64,000 nucleotides of DNA from contig NC_043002.1 in the NCBI RefSeq assembly GCF_006345805.1, positions 98,022,001-98,086,000 of the forward strand. The letters are read 5' to 3'. Source of the stretch: Octopus sinensis. Its lineage: Eukaryota. The translations under genes and the position numbers were made by a program. Below the pieces are notes generated by a model that saw only the letters and a list, made by a program, of their open reading frames with translations, had not been told where the DNA came from and made no database searches. This document shows positions 39,590 through 53,229 of this stretch, in pieces. Within the stretch, counting starts at the first letter, position 1. Each line of letters opens with the position of its first letter.

Positions 39590-40340
39590 TCTTTTATCTT
39601 CTGCTTGTTTCAGTCATTTTGACTGCGACCATTCTGGGGCACCGCAATGAAGGGTTTTAGTCGAGCAAATCGATCCTAGAATTTTATTCGGATCTTTTCG
39701 GTTTGAACGGCAGTTTTTTCTAGCGGTGTCATATGAAATTTTCACCCATAATTATGACCCTAGTATCGATCTATTGCATTTCAATCTATTTTAGGGTTAG
39801 GGTTAGGGGTGGGGGAAGGGTATCTTTTTTTCTTCACAAATGTAAATAAACCCAATCTGTTTCTTAAACGAGGGAGATGTTCATACGGCACAGAATGTTT
39901 TTTTACCTCAATAGCGTCAGTGATTGGTTGAAATTGCAGAAATTGAAGAAAAGAAACAACAAATATCTTACAAACTATAGAATTTTCTCAATAAAGCCAA
40001 GAGAAAAAGATGTTTTATAAACACATTCTGCCAGTATACGAAGTTTAAAATTTTTTAATTACCTTGAAATTATGTTAAAACTGCCGTTCAAACCGAAAAG
40101 ATCCTTTTATTCTTTCCGTCTCTTTTGCCGAACGGGGATGTAAAGACACCATCACCAATAGTCAAGCGCTGAAGGGGGGGGGGTTAAAACACACACATAT
40201 GTACACCATAGGTTTCTTTCATTTTCCGTCTACCAAATCCACTCGCAAGGCTTTGGTGGGCCCGTGGCTATAGTAGAAGACACTTGCCCAAAGTGCCACA
40301 CAGTGGGACTGAACCCAGAACCATGTGGTTGGGAAGGAAG
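39590..40340 (-). mobile_element. Degenerate SINE-C split by a MITE
   Basis: Tail part 39590-39689 and head part 40105-40340. Confidence 0.75.
39690..40104. mobile_element. MITE with perfect 28-bp TIRs and 8-bp TSD (Merlin/MULE-like GG ends)
   Basis: TIR GGATCTTTTCGGTTTGAACGGCAGTTTT; TSD TTTTATTC (39682-39689, 40105-40112); internal (TTAGGG)3. Confidence 0.9.
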
Positions 40341-40838
40341 CTTTTTTTTATTCATTATATTGGCCATAAAGGCCTTACATAGAAAGGAAGCAACAGGTTG
40401 GACACACAAATAATGATATAAATGACAAGTGAAATGGTGAAAAATGAGGGCAACAAGCAACGGGTGGCGATTACTGTAAGAAGCAAGCTTCTTACCAGAC
40501 AGCCACGCCAGCGCCTATAAAAAAGTATTATTAATTTACTAGAGAAGCCTACTTGATTTATTCATTTTTTTTTACATTTGTCCGTGGCCCACTTGTCTGT
40601 CTATACAAATAATTCCCGCGAATCTTTCTAAACATTTCTGTACTGCACACACCGCCCTTAACTTCCATTTCTATTGTCAAAACTAAACAAGTTGTTACAG
40701 AAAAGGCTATGTAATAATGGTAAAGGTAAAAGGTAAAGACCCCCTTCGGTCTTGCTTAATCAAACTGACTGCATTTTCTTTAGATGCGACTCATTCAAAA
40801 TGTGTGATAGATTTCGGTGAAAATGTTTTTGATTGGTG

Positions 40839-41245
40839 TGGCGGCGAGCTGTCAGAACCGGCCGGGCGAAATGCGTTGCCGTGTTTCGTCTGCCGTCACG
40901 TCCCGAGTTCAAATTCCGCCGAGGTCGACTTTACCTTTCATCCTTTCGGGGTCGATAAATTAACTACCAGTTACGCACTGGGGTCGATGTAATCGACTTA
41001 ATCCGTTTGTCTGTCCTTGTTTGTCCCCTCTGTGTTTAGCCCCTTGTGGGTAGTAAAGAAATATAATCGTTAGCACACCGATAAAGAAAAAAGTTTAGTG
41101 GCATTTCATCTGGCTTTTTCGGCATTTCGCCCAGGTCAGCTTTTGCCTTTCATCCTTTCAAGGTCGATTAAGTAAGTACTAGTTGAACATTGGGGTCGAT
41201 GTAATCAACCGAAATTGCTGGCCTTGTACCAAAATTTGAAACCAA
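40839..41245 (+). mobile_element. Two adjacent or nested SINE-A copies
   Basis: Young copy about 40839-41063 followed by an older copy lacking its first bases. Confidence 0.85.
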
Positions 41246-42246
41246 AATTTATGATTGATAAAATGGGAGAAAACGTTCGGTACTTTTTTTTATTCAATTT
41301 TCTTTTTTTTTTTTCTGGTTTAGATTCGAATAAATACACGTCATACAGCGTGGGTTACGTAGAGAATGTTAAGGTCACCCACAAAAGCATTCGGAAATTG
41401 CTAGGTGTAGCATTTTAGGGAATGTAACGGCTTAACCAAAGTATTGTTCGCTAATATAGTTGGTGCGGAAGTTATGGGATGTGGGCTGGTTCTATTGTGA
41501 AAGATGCTCGTATTAAAATAATGGGAATAAGATTGCGTTCATGTGGGTTCGCCATCTGTATTTGTTCTGACTTTTTTATGTCCTAAGCTCAAGTTCTACC
41601 TACGGGGTGCGGAGCTTATTGAAACAGATAGTCACATTGGGAATGTGAATAAAATTATGTTCATATGGGTATGTCTACTGTAAAATTTATGTAGGTGTAT
41701 CAGCGTTTACATGTCTGAGCGCGTGTTAACATATATACTATTGTTCTTATACTTATTTCGGTCATTACCAAACTGCAATGATAGGAGACCCCGCCTAAAG
41801 AATTTAGTCAATCAAATCGACTTCAGCATTCACACATTTTATTTATTTATTTACTTATTTATTTACTTGCTTGTTTGTTCTTAAAGTCTGGTATTTATTA
41901 TATCAGTTTATTGTACCGAAACGTTTGGTGGCGAGGACAGAAGCAACCCGGTATCAATTTCCAAGCGATGCGAGACGGACCCAAGCTCAAGCACAAACAT
42001 ACATTCACACAACACATGCACCAACGCTCACAAACACGCAAACACACATGCACACACGTACACACACACACACACCCGAGCGCGTGCACACACGCGCACA
42101 CATACATAATGAGTAGCATCCGTCGTTTCTGTCTACGAAATTCATTCACAAGGCTTTGGTCGGCGCTGACTATAACCGGCAAGTATTTGTTCAAGGCGTC
42201 ATACTATGGGATTGAACTGGAAGGGACGTGGTTGTAAAACACAATA

Positions 42247-42303
<57 letters not shown>

Positions 42304-42689
42304 TGTGTGTGTGTGTGTGTGTGTGTGCAAATAATTAAGAACGCTTCGCAATCACTGGGTCCCGTTTTAAGTCCCAGTGTGTGGAATCTTGAGCAAGTGT
42401 GTTTCACAAAAACCTCAGATCGTTGCAAGCTTGGTTAGGGAAAGTTGATAGATGGAAACTGTGTGGAAGCCCGTCGGATGAATTGTATCTATAATTTTAA
42501 GGTATAACCTGATGGACTTGCTTTCGGATTCAGACCCATTGTGTGGTGCCTTGAACGTGTACTTGCCATCTATAACCAAATCTATTTACTTTATCTACGT
42601 GTCGAATATGGTCAGGTGTATGTATAAATGTTTATATGATACTGTAAAATTAAATATGTTAGTAAGGCAGAAAGATTAAAATGCTGGAC

Positions 42690-43220
42690 AAGATATTTAG
42701 CGGCATTGCTTATTCCAATGAGGTCGACTTTGTCTTTCATTCCTTTCTGGGTCGATAAAATAAGTACCCGTTGAGGATCAGTTGGAACAAAATAAATACC
42801 AGTTGGGATCGATGTAATTGACAAGCACCTCCCTCAAAATTTCAGGTCTTGTGTCAATAGAAAAAAATTATTATAAAGGTGACGCGCTGGCAGAATCATG
42901 TTCCGAGTTCGAATCCCGTCGAGGTCGACTTTGCTTAGGAGTCGATGAAATAAGAACTACTTAAGTACTGGAGTCGATGTAATCAACTAGCCCCCCTCCC
43001 AAAAGACGGCTAGCCCCCTCTCCTACCAAAAGGGCTTGAAATTTTGGGGAGGGGTTATTCGATTATATCGACTCCACTAGGCAACTGGTGCTTATTTCAT
43101 CGACCCCGAAAGGCAAAGTCGACCACGGAATAATTTGAACTCGGAACATAAAGACGGACAAAATGCTGCTAAGCATTTTACCCGGCGTGCTAACGACTCT
43201 GTCAGCTCACCGCCTTATGG
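42690..43220. mobile_element. SINE-A cluster (two +, one -)
   Basis: Core GAGGTCGACTTTG near 42721 and 42921; reverse-complement core near 43100-43145. Confidence 0.75.
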
Positions 43221-43563
43221 TCTTGTACCTATAACAGAAATCTTATTCATATGTCAGAGATTGTACGCATGCGTATTTGTACATAAATGTGTATGCGTGC
43301 GTGTATGTACGTGTGTGGCTGTGTTCGAGTGTCTCTATGTATGGAGGCGAATGCATATCAAGCTGGAGAAAGATTATCCTCATTACCACCCCATATAATA
43401 ACCAGCATCTGTGTCTCCGGGGACTTAAATAAATTAGCTAAAGCCCAAAACTGTCATCGGTGTGCCTGCTCTGACAACGACCAACTGTTTCAATTAGTTC
43501 CTAATTACATCGTTTGTGAGGATGTAAGGACCACCGGTCTTTTAACAGTACATACGTAAGCCT

Positions 43564-43726
43564 GTGTGGAGGCACATGGCCTAGTGGTTACAGCAGCGGA
43601 CTCACGGTTTAGGGATCGCGGGTTCGAATATCAGACCGGACGATGTGTGTGTTTATGAGCGAAACACCTAAGCTCCACGCGGCTCAGGCAGAAGGTAATG
43701 GCAAACTTCTGCTGACTCTTTCGCCA
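43564..43726 (+). mobile_element. SINE-B-related 5' fragment (diverged subfamily)
   Basis: GGAGGCACATGGCCTAGTGGTT..GCAGCGGACTC..GAGCGAAACACCTAAGCTCCACG. Confidence 0.8.
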
Positions 43727-43798
43727 TAACGGGGACATAAACATACCAGCATCGGTTGTCAAGCGATGCTAGGGGGACAAACACAGACACACAAACAT

Positions 43799-43833
<35 letters not shown>

Positions 43834-44003
43834 CATATATACGACGGACTTCTTTCAGTTTCCGTCTACCAAATCCACTCACAAGGCTTTGGTCGGCCCG
43901 AGGCTATAGTAGAAGACACTTTCCCAAGGTGCCTCATAGTGGGGCTGAACCCGGAACCATGTAGTTGGTAAGCAAGCTATTTACCACACAGCCACTCCTA
44001 CGC
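43727..44003 (-). mobile_element. SINE-C lacking its 3' tail
   Basis: Reverse complement of head and body; abuts the SINE-B-like fragment. Confidence 0.9.
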
Positions 44004-44053
44004 TTATACATAATATATACATATTATAAAAGTAATTTTTAAAATATACAGTA

Positions 44054-44136
44054 CAGTACTGTTTCTACTTCGCGGATTGTCACCTATCGCGGTGTTTTTT
44101 TAGACCGTAACACACGCGATAGTCGATTGATTACTG
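44054..44136. mobile_element. Tigger/mariner-like mini-MITE remnant
   Basis: TA|CAGTA...TACTG|TA with internal CTATCGCG/CGCGATAG inverted motif. Confidence 0.4.
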
Positions 44137-44289
44137 TATATTTAAATGTTAGCCATCGTAAAACCGGTGGTGTAAAACTCGAAGTAAAAACGTCGAATCT
44201 CACTCATTAATTATGGAGGGGAAGTATGTACATTTGAGTGTGTAATAAATAATATTTCATGTACTGTATTTTTTTGTAATTGTATTTTT

Positions 44290-44620
44290 ATTTTGTATTT
44301 TATTTTGTAATTTTATTTGTATCGTTTTTACGTCCTGTTTTTGTCACATTTTTTTCTTTCCTTGTTTTTACCCCTCTGCAAAGGAATTTTATTTAATTCT
44401 TTCGGAGGAAGGGCTAGTTCGACGAGTCGTGTTCTGTCCTCACCTTCGAGACACGCATGGAGTCGTACTAGGGATAGCTGATGAAGGGGAATTTTCCTTG
44501 TGTTGTTTGTCTTGTACTCTGTTTTTTCGTTGTTAAAAAAAAGGTCCGTTTCCATGTTTGTTTTTACGTTTTCGTTTCTCGTTGAGTTCTACGTCTATTT
44601 GTGGTGTCCTTTACTCACGT
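44290..44620 (+). mobile_element. Penelope-like pLTR remnant
   Basis: CTGATGAAGGGG at 44478 without a matching GAAA; T-rich tail ending in TA repeats, like 17820-17998. Confidence 0.35.
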
Positions 44621-44770
44621 ATATATATTTATATATGCATGTATATATACATGTAGATGAAGGTACGTACATATATGTATGTATGTATGTATGCATATAT
44701 TTTATTTATTACACTATTGTATGACTGAGCGCCCTCGCGTCGTTTCGTTTCCTCCAAGTAAGTTTTTATG

Positions 44771-44816
<46 letters not shown>

Positions 44817-45171
44817 TATATACATATGTATATATGTATATACATGAATGCATGTATGAGTATATTTGTAAGTATACGTGTTTTACGTGTGTATTTCTAC
44901 ATTTGCTTTTGTGTGCACAATCTTTGTAAGCCATTCGAGGTAAAGAAAAAAAAAAGCACAAAAAGACTAACATTACCCTCGTTTTATTGTTGTTTTCTTT
45001 TTTTATCCTGTTATTAGTCTAGTTTATAACCGTATAACTAAGTTTACACATTTTGATTTGTATCGCTTTCGCCGTTCGTTCAAAACTTTACAACTAAACT
45101 TTCATCAGAGTCGTCATATTACACTACTCTCGCTCCGTATTCATTCCATACATACCACTGAATGGATACCG

Positions 45172-45249
<78 letters not shown>

Positions 45250-46183
45250 TATTATTATTATTATAATTATTATTATTATTATTATTATGTATAATTGACT
45301 ATTGTTATTAAGAAGCGCGTGTGCTTTTCTACTTCACATTTCTTTAATTAAGCAGTTTATTCAACCATTAAATCATTAACGAGATCAAATATGTATATGT
45401 TAAAATGAAGAGTTTAATTATTGAATAGATGTTAAAAGAGAATTAACGAAGGCAAATTGAGAAACGTATTTATACAAAGCAACAGCTGGGCAGAGTCGAT
45501 AGAACAATGGAGGAAACGCCTTTACTTATATTTTAATTTTTCTTTCATTTGTTTCTGTCATTGGACTACGTGACTCTTGGACTTACTTTTTTTTTTTTTT
45601 TTTTTAATCCTGGCAAATATACTATCGGTCACTTTTCCCGAACCGCTCGGTTGAGGGAACATGGGAACATATACAAATTAAGACCGGCTGTGAAGCGATG
45701 GTGGGGGAACAAGCACAAGCACACACACACACAAAAAAAAAACTAACTTAAATTTTGTTTATGCCTAAACATTACTTAGCGCTAACATTTCGTTATTTTC
45801 CTCGATCTGCTGATCTCCTAGAGCAAATCGGCCAATATTGTGGAGCGAATTATACATAAAGCTATTATTTTATAAGTTCGTTCAGAGTTGTCTCTCTTAA
45901 GTACATCTCATTGACAAGAGCTAAGAAGTTTGAAACATCGATGTCCGGGATTCCTAATAGATGGCGACACTGAACGAACCGGGTGTTTTCACACGTTTTT
46001 ACCATCAGAAATATATATTCTCTACGGTAACTGCAGTGTATTTGCCTTTTAGCAGTTGAAATATGTCACAAACATATTTCAACTAACCTAAACCCTGTTT
46101 ATGTTTAAACACTGCTTAGCGCTCACATTTACTATATATATATATAATATATAATATATATATATATATAATATATATATATA

Positions 46184-46225
<42 letters not shown>

Positions 46226-46226
46226 T

Positions 46227-46400
46227 TACTTGTTTCAGTCATTTGACTGTGGCCATGCTGGAGCACCGCTTTGAGTCGACCAAATCGATCCCAGGACTTA
46301 TTCTTTGTAAGCCTAGTACTTATTGTATCAGGGGACGTAAACACACCAGCATCGGTTGTCAAGTGATATTGGGGGGACAAACACAGACACACAAACATAT

Positions 46401-46433
<33 letters not shown>

Positions 46434-46485
46434 CATATATACGACGGGCTTCTTCAGCTTCCGTCTACCAAATCCACTCATAAGG

Positions 46486-46542
<57 letters not shown>

Positions 46543-46750
46543 ATATATATATATGTATGTATGTATGTATGTACGTACGTATGTATGTATGTATGTATGA
46601 TGGGCTTTCAAACAATTTCTATCTACCAAATTCACTTAGTCGGCTCATGATTATGATAAAAGACACTTGCCTAAAGTGCCGCGCAGTGGTACCGAACCCG
46701 AAACCACATGGCTGCAAAGCGAGCTTCTGGAACAGCTATGCCTGCGCCTA
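46227..46750 (-). mobile_element. SINE-C fragments (46227-46486; 46597-46750)
   Basis: Reverse complements of the tail/body and of the head. Confidence 0.8.
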
Positions 46751-47340
46751 CACACATTTTCAAAAATATATTCAAACGTAAAATAGCATCTTTGTTGAGA
46801 TGAAAATACGAATGAGTGTTATCAGTGAGCAGGAATATGACTGATAATGTACCAAAGTATAATATACTTTCATTATGTATACGTTGAGGGTGTCGTACTT
46901 TCAGAATCGTTAGCGGGTCGGACAAGATGTGCAATTGCATTTTCTTTCGACTCTGCGTTCTTGGTTCAACTTCCGCCGATGTCGACTTTGCTTTTCATGG
47001 TTTCGGGACATAAAATAACTGCAGGCGGAGCGATAGAAGAATTGATGGCCTTAGGCCAGAGCTTGAAACCACTAAATATGCTCTCGTGGCTGAACTGTGA
47101 AAGTAACGAAAAAATATTTTACGCTATTTGTTCCGAGTTTTTACGTTCTGAGTTCAAATCTCGGCGAGTTCAACTTTGACTTCCATTCTTCTGGGATTGT
47201 TACATAAAGTACATAATTTCAAAATAGGGAACTGGAAAACATAATTAGACTTCGAAGAGCATGCTGTATAGTATTTATTCAGTCTTCTGTTAATCAGATG
47301 TTTTCGATGCTAATATTATCGCGAGTAAATATAGACATCC

Positions 47341-47750
47341 TCTTTTACTCTTTTACTTGTTTCAGTCATTTGACTGCGGCCATGCTGGAGCACCGCCTTT
47401 AGTCGAGCAAATCGACCCCGGAACTTATTCTTTGTAAGCCCAGTACTTATTCTATTGGTCTCTTTTGCCGAACCGCTAAGTTACGGAAACGTAAACACAC
47501 CAGCATCGGCTGTCAAGCAATGCTAAGGGGACAAACACAGACACACAGACATATACACACACATACATATATATATACATATATACGACGGGCTTCTATC
47601 AGTTTCCGTCTACCAAATCCACTCACGAGGCATTGGTCGGCCCGGGGCTAGAGCAGAAGACACTTGCCCAAAATGCCATGCAGTGGGACTGAACCCGGAA
47701 CCATGTGGTTGGTAAGCAAGCTACTTACCACACAGCCACTCCTTCGTCTA
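47341..47750 (-). mobile_element. SINE-C, full length, between ~140-bp direct repeats
   Basis: Complete copy; flanks 47204-47340 and 47752-47892 are diverged duplicates. Confidence 0.95.
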
Positions 47751-48432
47751 TATAAAGTACATAATTTCAAAATAGGGAAATGGAAAAAATAATTAGACTG
47801 TCAAAGGGGATGCTGTATAGTATTTATTCAGTCTTATTATGTTGATCAGATGTTTTCGGTGCTAATATTATCGCGGGTAAATATAGACCTCCGCACAGAT
47901 TTCTTATATTTGACCAAGCGGAATATCGAGAATATGATAGTTGGGAAATGAGAAAGCTGTGTTGTTTTGCTTTTCTCATGATTTCTAAGGGAGTGTAGCT
48001 GCTTTTGGACTAGGTAAACTGATGTCGCTAATGCGGAGAAATAGTGGCATTTATCTTGAAAAACATTCGGTGCATCTTTTAAGGAAGGTATATGTTTGTA
48101 TATTGAGAGATTAGCCTCTTCCTACAAAATTACTAGGGTGAGAGCGTTTTTGTATAGAGGGCAAACAAACCCTGAGGTAGTTGCGGGAGCCGACATCGAG
48201 CGTGCAGGGACAACTTCTTTATTTGCATCCCTATATAGCCAGTTATGACCATAAGTCAGCTATCAGTTATTCGTGAATGAGTAAACTGGAGCAGCCTAAA
48301 AGGATGAGCCTTACTCAAGTAAAAAAAAAAAAGCTCCAGCCGGTACAGAGATTGAGCATACGAACGTTTATGGTGACGTCAACAGCCTAGCCGCAAGGAC
48401 ATACTCCTTCACATGTTCATTTGTATACAATT

Positions 48433-48818
48433 CGTGGAGGCGCAATGGCCCAGTGGTTAGGGCAGCGGACTCACGGTCGTAGGATCGCGGTTTCGATTCC
48501 CAGACCGGGCGTTGTGAGTGTTTATTGAGCGAAAACACCTAAAGCTCCACGAGGCTCCGGCAGGGGATGGTGGTGATCCCTGCTGTACTCTTTCACCACA
48601 AATTTCTCTCACTCTTACTTCCTGTTTCTGTTGTACATATATTTCAAAGGGCCGGCCTTGTCACTCTCTGTGTCACGCTGAATATCCCCGAGAACTACGT
48701 TAAGGGTACACGTGTCTGTGGAATGCTCAGCCACTTACACGTTAATTTCACGAGCAGGCTGTTCCGTTGATCGGATCAACCGGAACCCTCGTCGTCGTAA
48801 CCGACGGAGTGCTTCCAA
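48433..48818 (+). mobile_element. SINE-B, full length
   Basis: TSD GTATACAATT (48423-48432, 48819-48828). Confidence 0.95.
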
Positions 48819-49437
48819 GTATACAATTAAATTGATAATTTCTTGTGATATAGCTGTATCCATATTACTTCTATGCTATATAGATTACATCCATTACTGG
48901 TTATATTGCTTGAATATCGAATATGATCTGTTTCTAGTATTTGGCTAAAAATTTCGTTCAAAGAAACAGATAGAAAGGAAGAGATATCGCCATAATGTTC
49001 ATTTGTGATGCTTTACACGGAAATCATTGAATATGAATTTCTATTCCTATGGCCTTTTATGGAATGCCACTGTCTTAGAAACGGGATGCGGGAGTAGGGG
49101 AAACTTGGTTAATTCTTTGTATCATTCGAAGTGATAACAGAACTAGCACGTTTGATAATAGGATTCTTAGATTTCGGGATTCTGTAAGAGATGAGTGGAG
49201 GCGTAAAGACGTGAGGACACATGCCCACCCCACATATATATAATGTATGTATGTATATGTATATGTATGTATATATATATATATAATATATATATATATA
49301 TATAATATATATATATATACATATATATGTGTGTGTGTATATATATATATATGTATATGTATATATGTGTGTGTGTGTGTATGTATGTATATGTATATGC
49401 ATGTTTGTTTGTATCTATCTATCTGTCTATCTATCAG

Positions 49438-49484
<47 letters not shown>

Positions 49485-50369
49485 CTTTATATATATATGT
49501 GTGTGTGTGTATGTATATTGTATGCATATAGCTATCTATGAATATATACATATATATATTTACACACACGCACACGCACACACACATTTCATTTTTATAT
49601 TTGATTTGAAACCTTCTTGATGTGAATTTATGCGTTGAAACAAATCTTGCTGTGTCTAGGGAGGGTCATTATGCCATTAATTAAAATAAACATATGCACT
49701 GGTTCAATACCACTTCTGTGTTTTACCAACTAACTATTCAATTGTTTGTTTAATGTGTTGTTTGGACAATCAATCGTTTGTTAGATTTCTCTTTCAGAAT
49801 CATTTCGTCACTATTCGCAACCTCATCAATATCATACTCTCACTCTTCAAGGCCTGCTTGGAATCCGTCTGAGAACTAGTCTTATATATATATATATATA
49901 TATATATAACGAAAAGAAACTGAAAATTCAGGAGTCTTTTAAAAGTATTTATTAACTTAACCGACTTCTCTTATTAAAAAAATTTTCAAAAGTAAAGTGC
50001 GGTGTCAAAAATTAGTTTAGAAAAATGTATTCAAGTCAAGCGATAGAGTCTTTGACAATGATAGGAAAAGGTTTGGAGCCTTGTTTATCTTCTGTGATGA
50101 ATCAAAAATTAGTTTACATAAAAACATTCAGATTAGGTAATATTTCTTTTTATAATGATAAAAAAATGACAATTAAATTATATGAATATTTTCCGATCAA
50201 GTAATAGAGTCTTTGACAAGAAGATAAAATATGTCACAGACCATTTAAAGTTCGCGGATCTCGCTTCTAGAGGTCGTGCATCTGGCTGGAGTTTGGCAGT
50301 ATTAAACAGAGTTGCAATATTTTTTGTATATAAAACTTCCTTTTATCTAAAAAGGATAAATATTAATAA

Positions 50370-50770
50370 CTAGCAGTATCGCCCGGCGTTGCTCGGGTTT
50401 GTAAGGGAAATAACTATATAAGCATTTTTAGAGAGTTATAGCCAAAAATTAGCAAAAAAAATGCATTGAAAATGGAAAAAAAAATTATGGTAAATTTTTT
50501 TTTTAAATCGTTGACTCATCGTAGACATTGTTAGAGAGTTATTTCCCTTATATAATAGCGAAAAAATGCATTAAAATTGAAAAAAATGATGGTAAATTTT
50601 TTTTTAAATCGTAGACTCATCGTAGACGCGCGCTAATACCCAGAGGGGCTCGATATGAATCACGACTATACGATACCCGGTTTTGGTTAAACTGCACCGC
50701 AAAATGTGGGAGTAGTTAGGAATCTAAATCGTAGGAGACAGACACGCAACCTTACTTTTATATATAAAGA
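50370..50770 (-). mobile_element. Non-autonomous Helitron (same subfamily as 31390-31776)
   Basis: Reverse complement of the 31390 copy; TC...CTAG ends; A|T insertion. Confidence 0.9.
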
Positions 50771-51146
50771 TTATATATAGAGATATATACCCTTAAATAC
50801 CAAAGTCATCCAGTATTCGTTTTCAGGTGTAAAAACAGTGTGGGTGGCTGAGGGTCACAGGTCAGAATGTAGTTGACGATTGATAAAAAGGTTTTCGGTG
50901 CGTTTATATGTCTGACGTATAAGTAATGAAGGATGTTTATTTTCGTCTAAGTTTATTTGTGTGTATGTATGTGCGCGAAAGTTACGTTGTTTCGTATTCG
51001 AATACGTTCATGTAAATAATGCGATCGAATTTTGATATGATACACAGATGTAGATTAAAGTTTTCACCAATGCTCTCAAAGAAAAGCAGAATACTTTATA
51101 ATCACTTACTTTTAACGAAAATAATTGAATGGAGGCAGTTAATGGG

Positions 51147-51198
<52 letters not shown>

Positions 51199-52179
51199 AG
51201 CAAGACACAAAAACGGAGAGAGAGAGAGAGAGAGAAATGCAGACAGACAGACAGAGAAGAGCAAGAAATCGAGACTCTGAGTGAGAGAAACTGTCATAAT
51301 GATACAGAGTAAACCAGAAAAGCTGGAAACAGAAAGACAGCTGAGGTAGTAAAACGTTAAAAACATTATCAAACAGTGTAAGATTACATGAAAATGGCTA
51401 GCTCAGTGAATGAAAATTAGTTGAATTTCTAAGCAATAAAAGAAAGTTCAAAATCACACTTTGGTGAAAATATATTAAAATTCCAATTTTATAAAATTAT
51501 TTATACAATGCAGGCTTTAATAATTACTTTCTTCCCATGTATGTTACATAATCCTAGCTATTAATAAGCTGCTTTCTCCATTATGGTGTACGTATTTATT
51601 TAGAAAACCAGGAGAGGATGTTTGTAAAGCGCCATTTGGGGAAAGACGGATGTCAAGCTACAAAATATTGATCTAAACTATGATTCAAATCCTAAATATT
51701 TACATTGATCATTGGATTTGGCTGTTATCTTTTGAGATAGCAATTTAGCCCACACATCTTCACCTTCAGTCACAAAAAAATCTTAGCTTCGGAAATAATT
51801 CTTTAATTAATAGCACTTCATTGATTATTTTTAACAACACCTTTTCTTTTACCATTCATTCCGCCTTCCTGCTTGATACTTGAAAGTCACCAGTTCCAAA
51901 GAAATATTAGATTCCTACCGGTAACAGTGCTTTAAGAAGACACCTGCAACCTCTTATTAATAGATATTTGATACAATCATCCGCTGTTGGAACGACAAAT
52001 TGCATCAAGTATGACTTCCTTCATATGTAATACTCGTCCCGAAAATTTATACATGACGTAAAATTTCAATTGTTCTGAGAATAAAGATAGATATTTATAA
52101 ATGTACTACATATAAATACATACACAGATATATGTATACATATGCAGAGACACATACACACATTCGCACAAATACACAA

Positions 52180-52296
<117 letters not shown>

Positions 52297-52576
52297 CATA
52301 GATATTTGTAGTATATATGTGCATGTGTGTGTGTTTGTGCTTGTGGTATTCTTTTACATATACTTCAAAGGTCATGGACCTTCATCTGAAGAGCTGGTGT
52401 ATATATAACGAAATTAATGGCTAAGAAAAAGAACTCCTCGTATGTTTGAGTGTGTATATATGTTTGTGCGTGTATTTTATATTTATATATATATATATAT
52501 ATTATATATATATATATATATATGCGTGTGTGTAGGTAATATATAATGTACTGTGTATGTACACGCTCATACTTGT

Positions 52577-52800
52577 GTGGAGGCGCGTTGTCTAGTGGTT
52601 GGTGCATTGCACTTATGATAGTATGACTGTGGCTTCGATTCCTGGATCAAGCGATGCTTTCTGTTCTTGAGTAAAACACTTCGTTTCACGTTGCTCCGTC
52701 CACTCCCGTAGTAAAAATGGATAATCCTTGCGACGCATAGGCGTTCCTCTATGGGGCGGAATATATACAATCTGGGAGATTGCCCTTATGAGCTTATCGC
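52577..52800 (+). mobile_element. Degenerate tRNA-headed SINE (D-like head)
   Basis: GGAGGCGCGTTGTCTAGTGGTT..TTCGATTCCTGG..TTCTTGAGTAAAACACTT..TTGCTCC. Confidence 0.6.
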
Positions 52801-53229
52801 TCTGGAAGGAGCTTTGATCCTTTATGTGTGTGTGTGAGTGTGCTGTGTGTGTATATGTGTGTGGTTTGTGCGTGTGTGTGTTCGTGTATGTCTGTGTGTA
52901 GTTTGAGTGTGTGTGTGTGTATTATTTGTTTTACATATAATTTGTCAGTCGTTCGGCATTCAAACGATAAACCTTTCAACTACTGTCTAATTTGACGAAC
53001 TTTCCCCTCTTCGAGTTTACATTTACATGAATTAACCCCAGTCATATGAACAATTATAATTAACTAGAATGCTTAAGCCATCAATAATGACAGCTGATAT
53101 CTTAAAAAAACTTTGCGATCATTATATTTTTGTTTGTACGTATGAATATTTGAATTTTTCAGGATGGGGAGTTATTGAAATGGATACATGATGAAATTTG
53201 CAAATGAGTATAAGGATGTAAAATATATG

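Noticed and set aside
39790-39810. Telomere or chromosome fusion site
   Set aside because: Only three units, internal to a TIR element.
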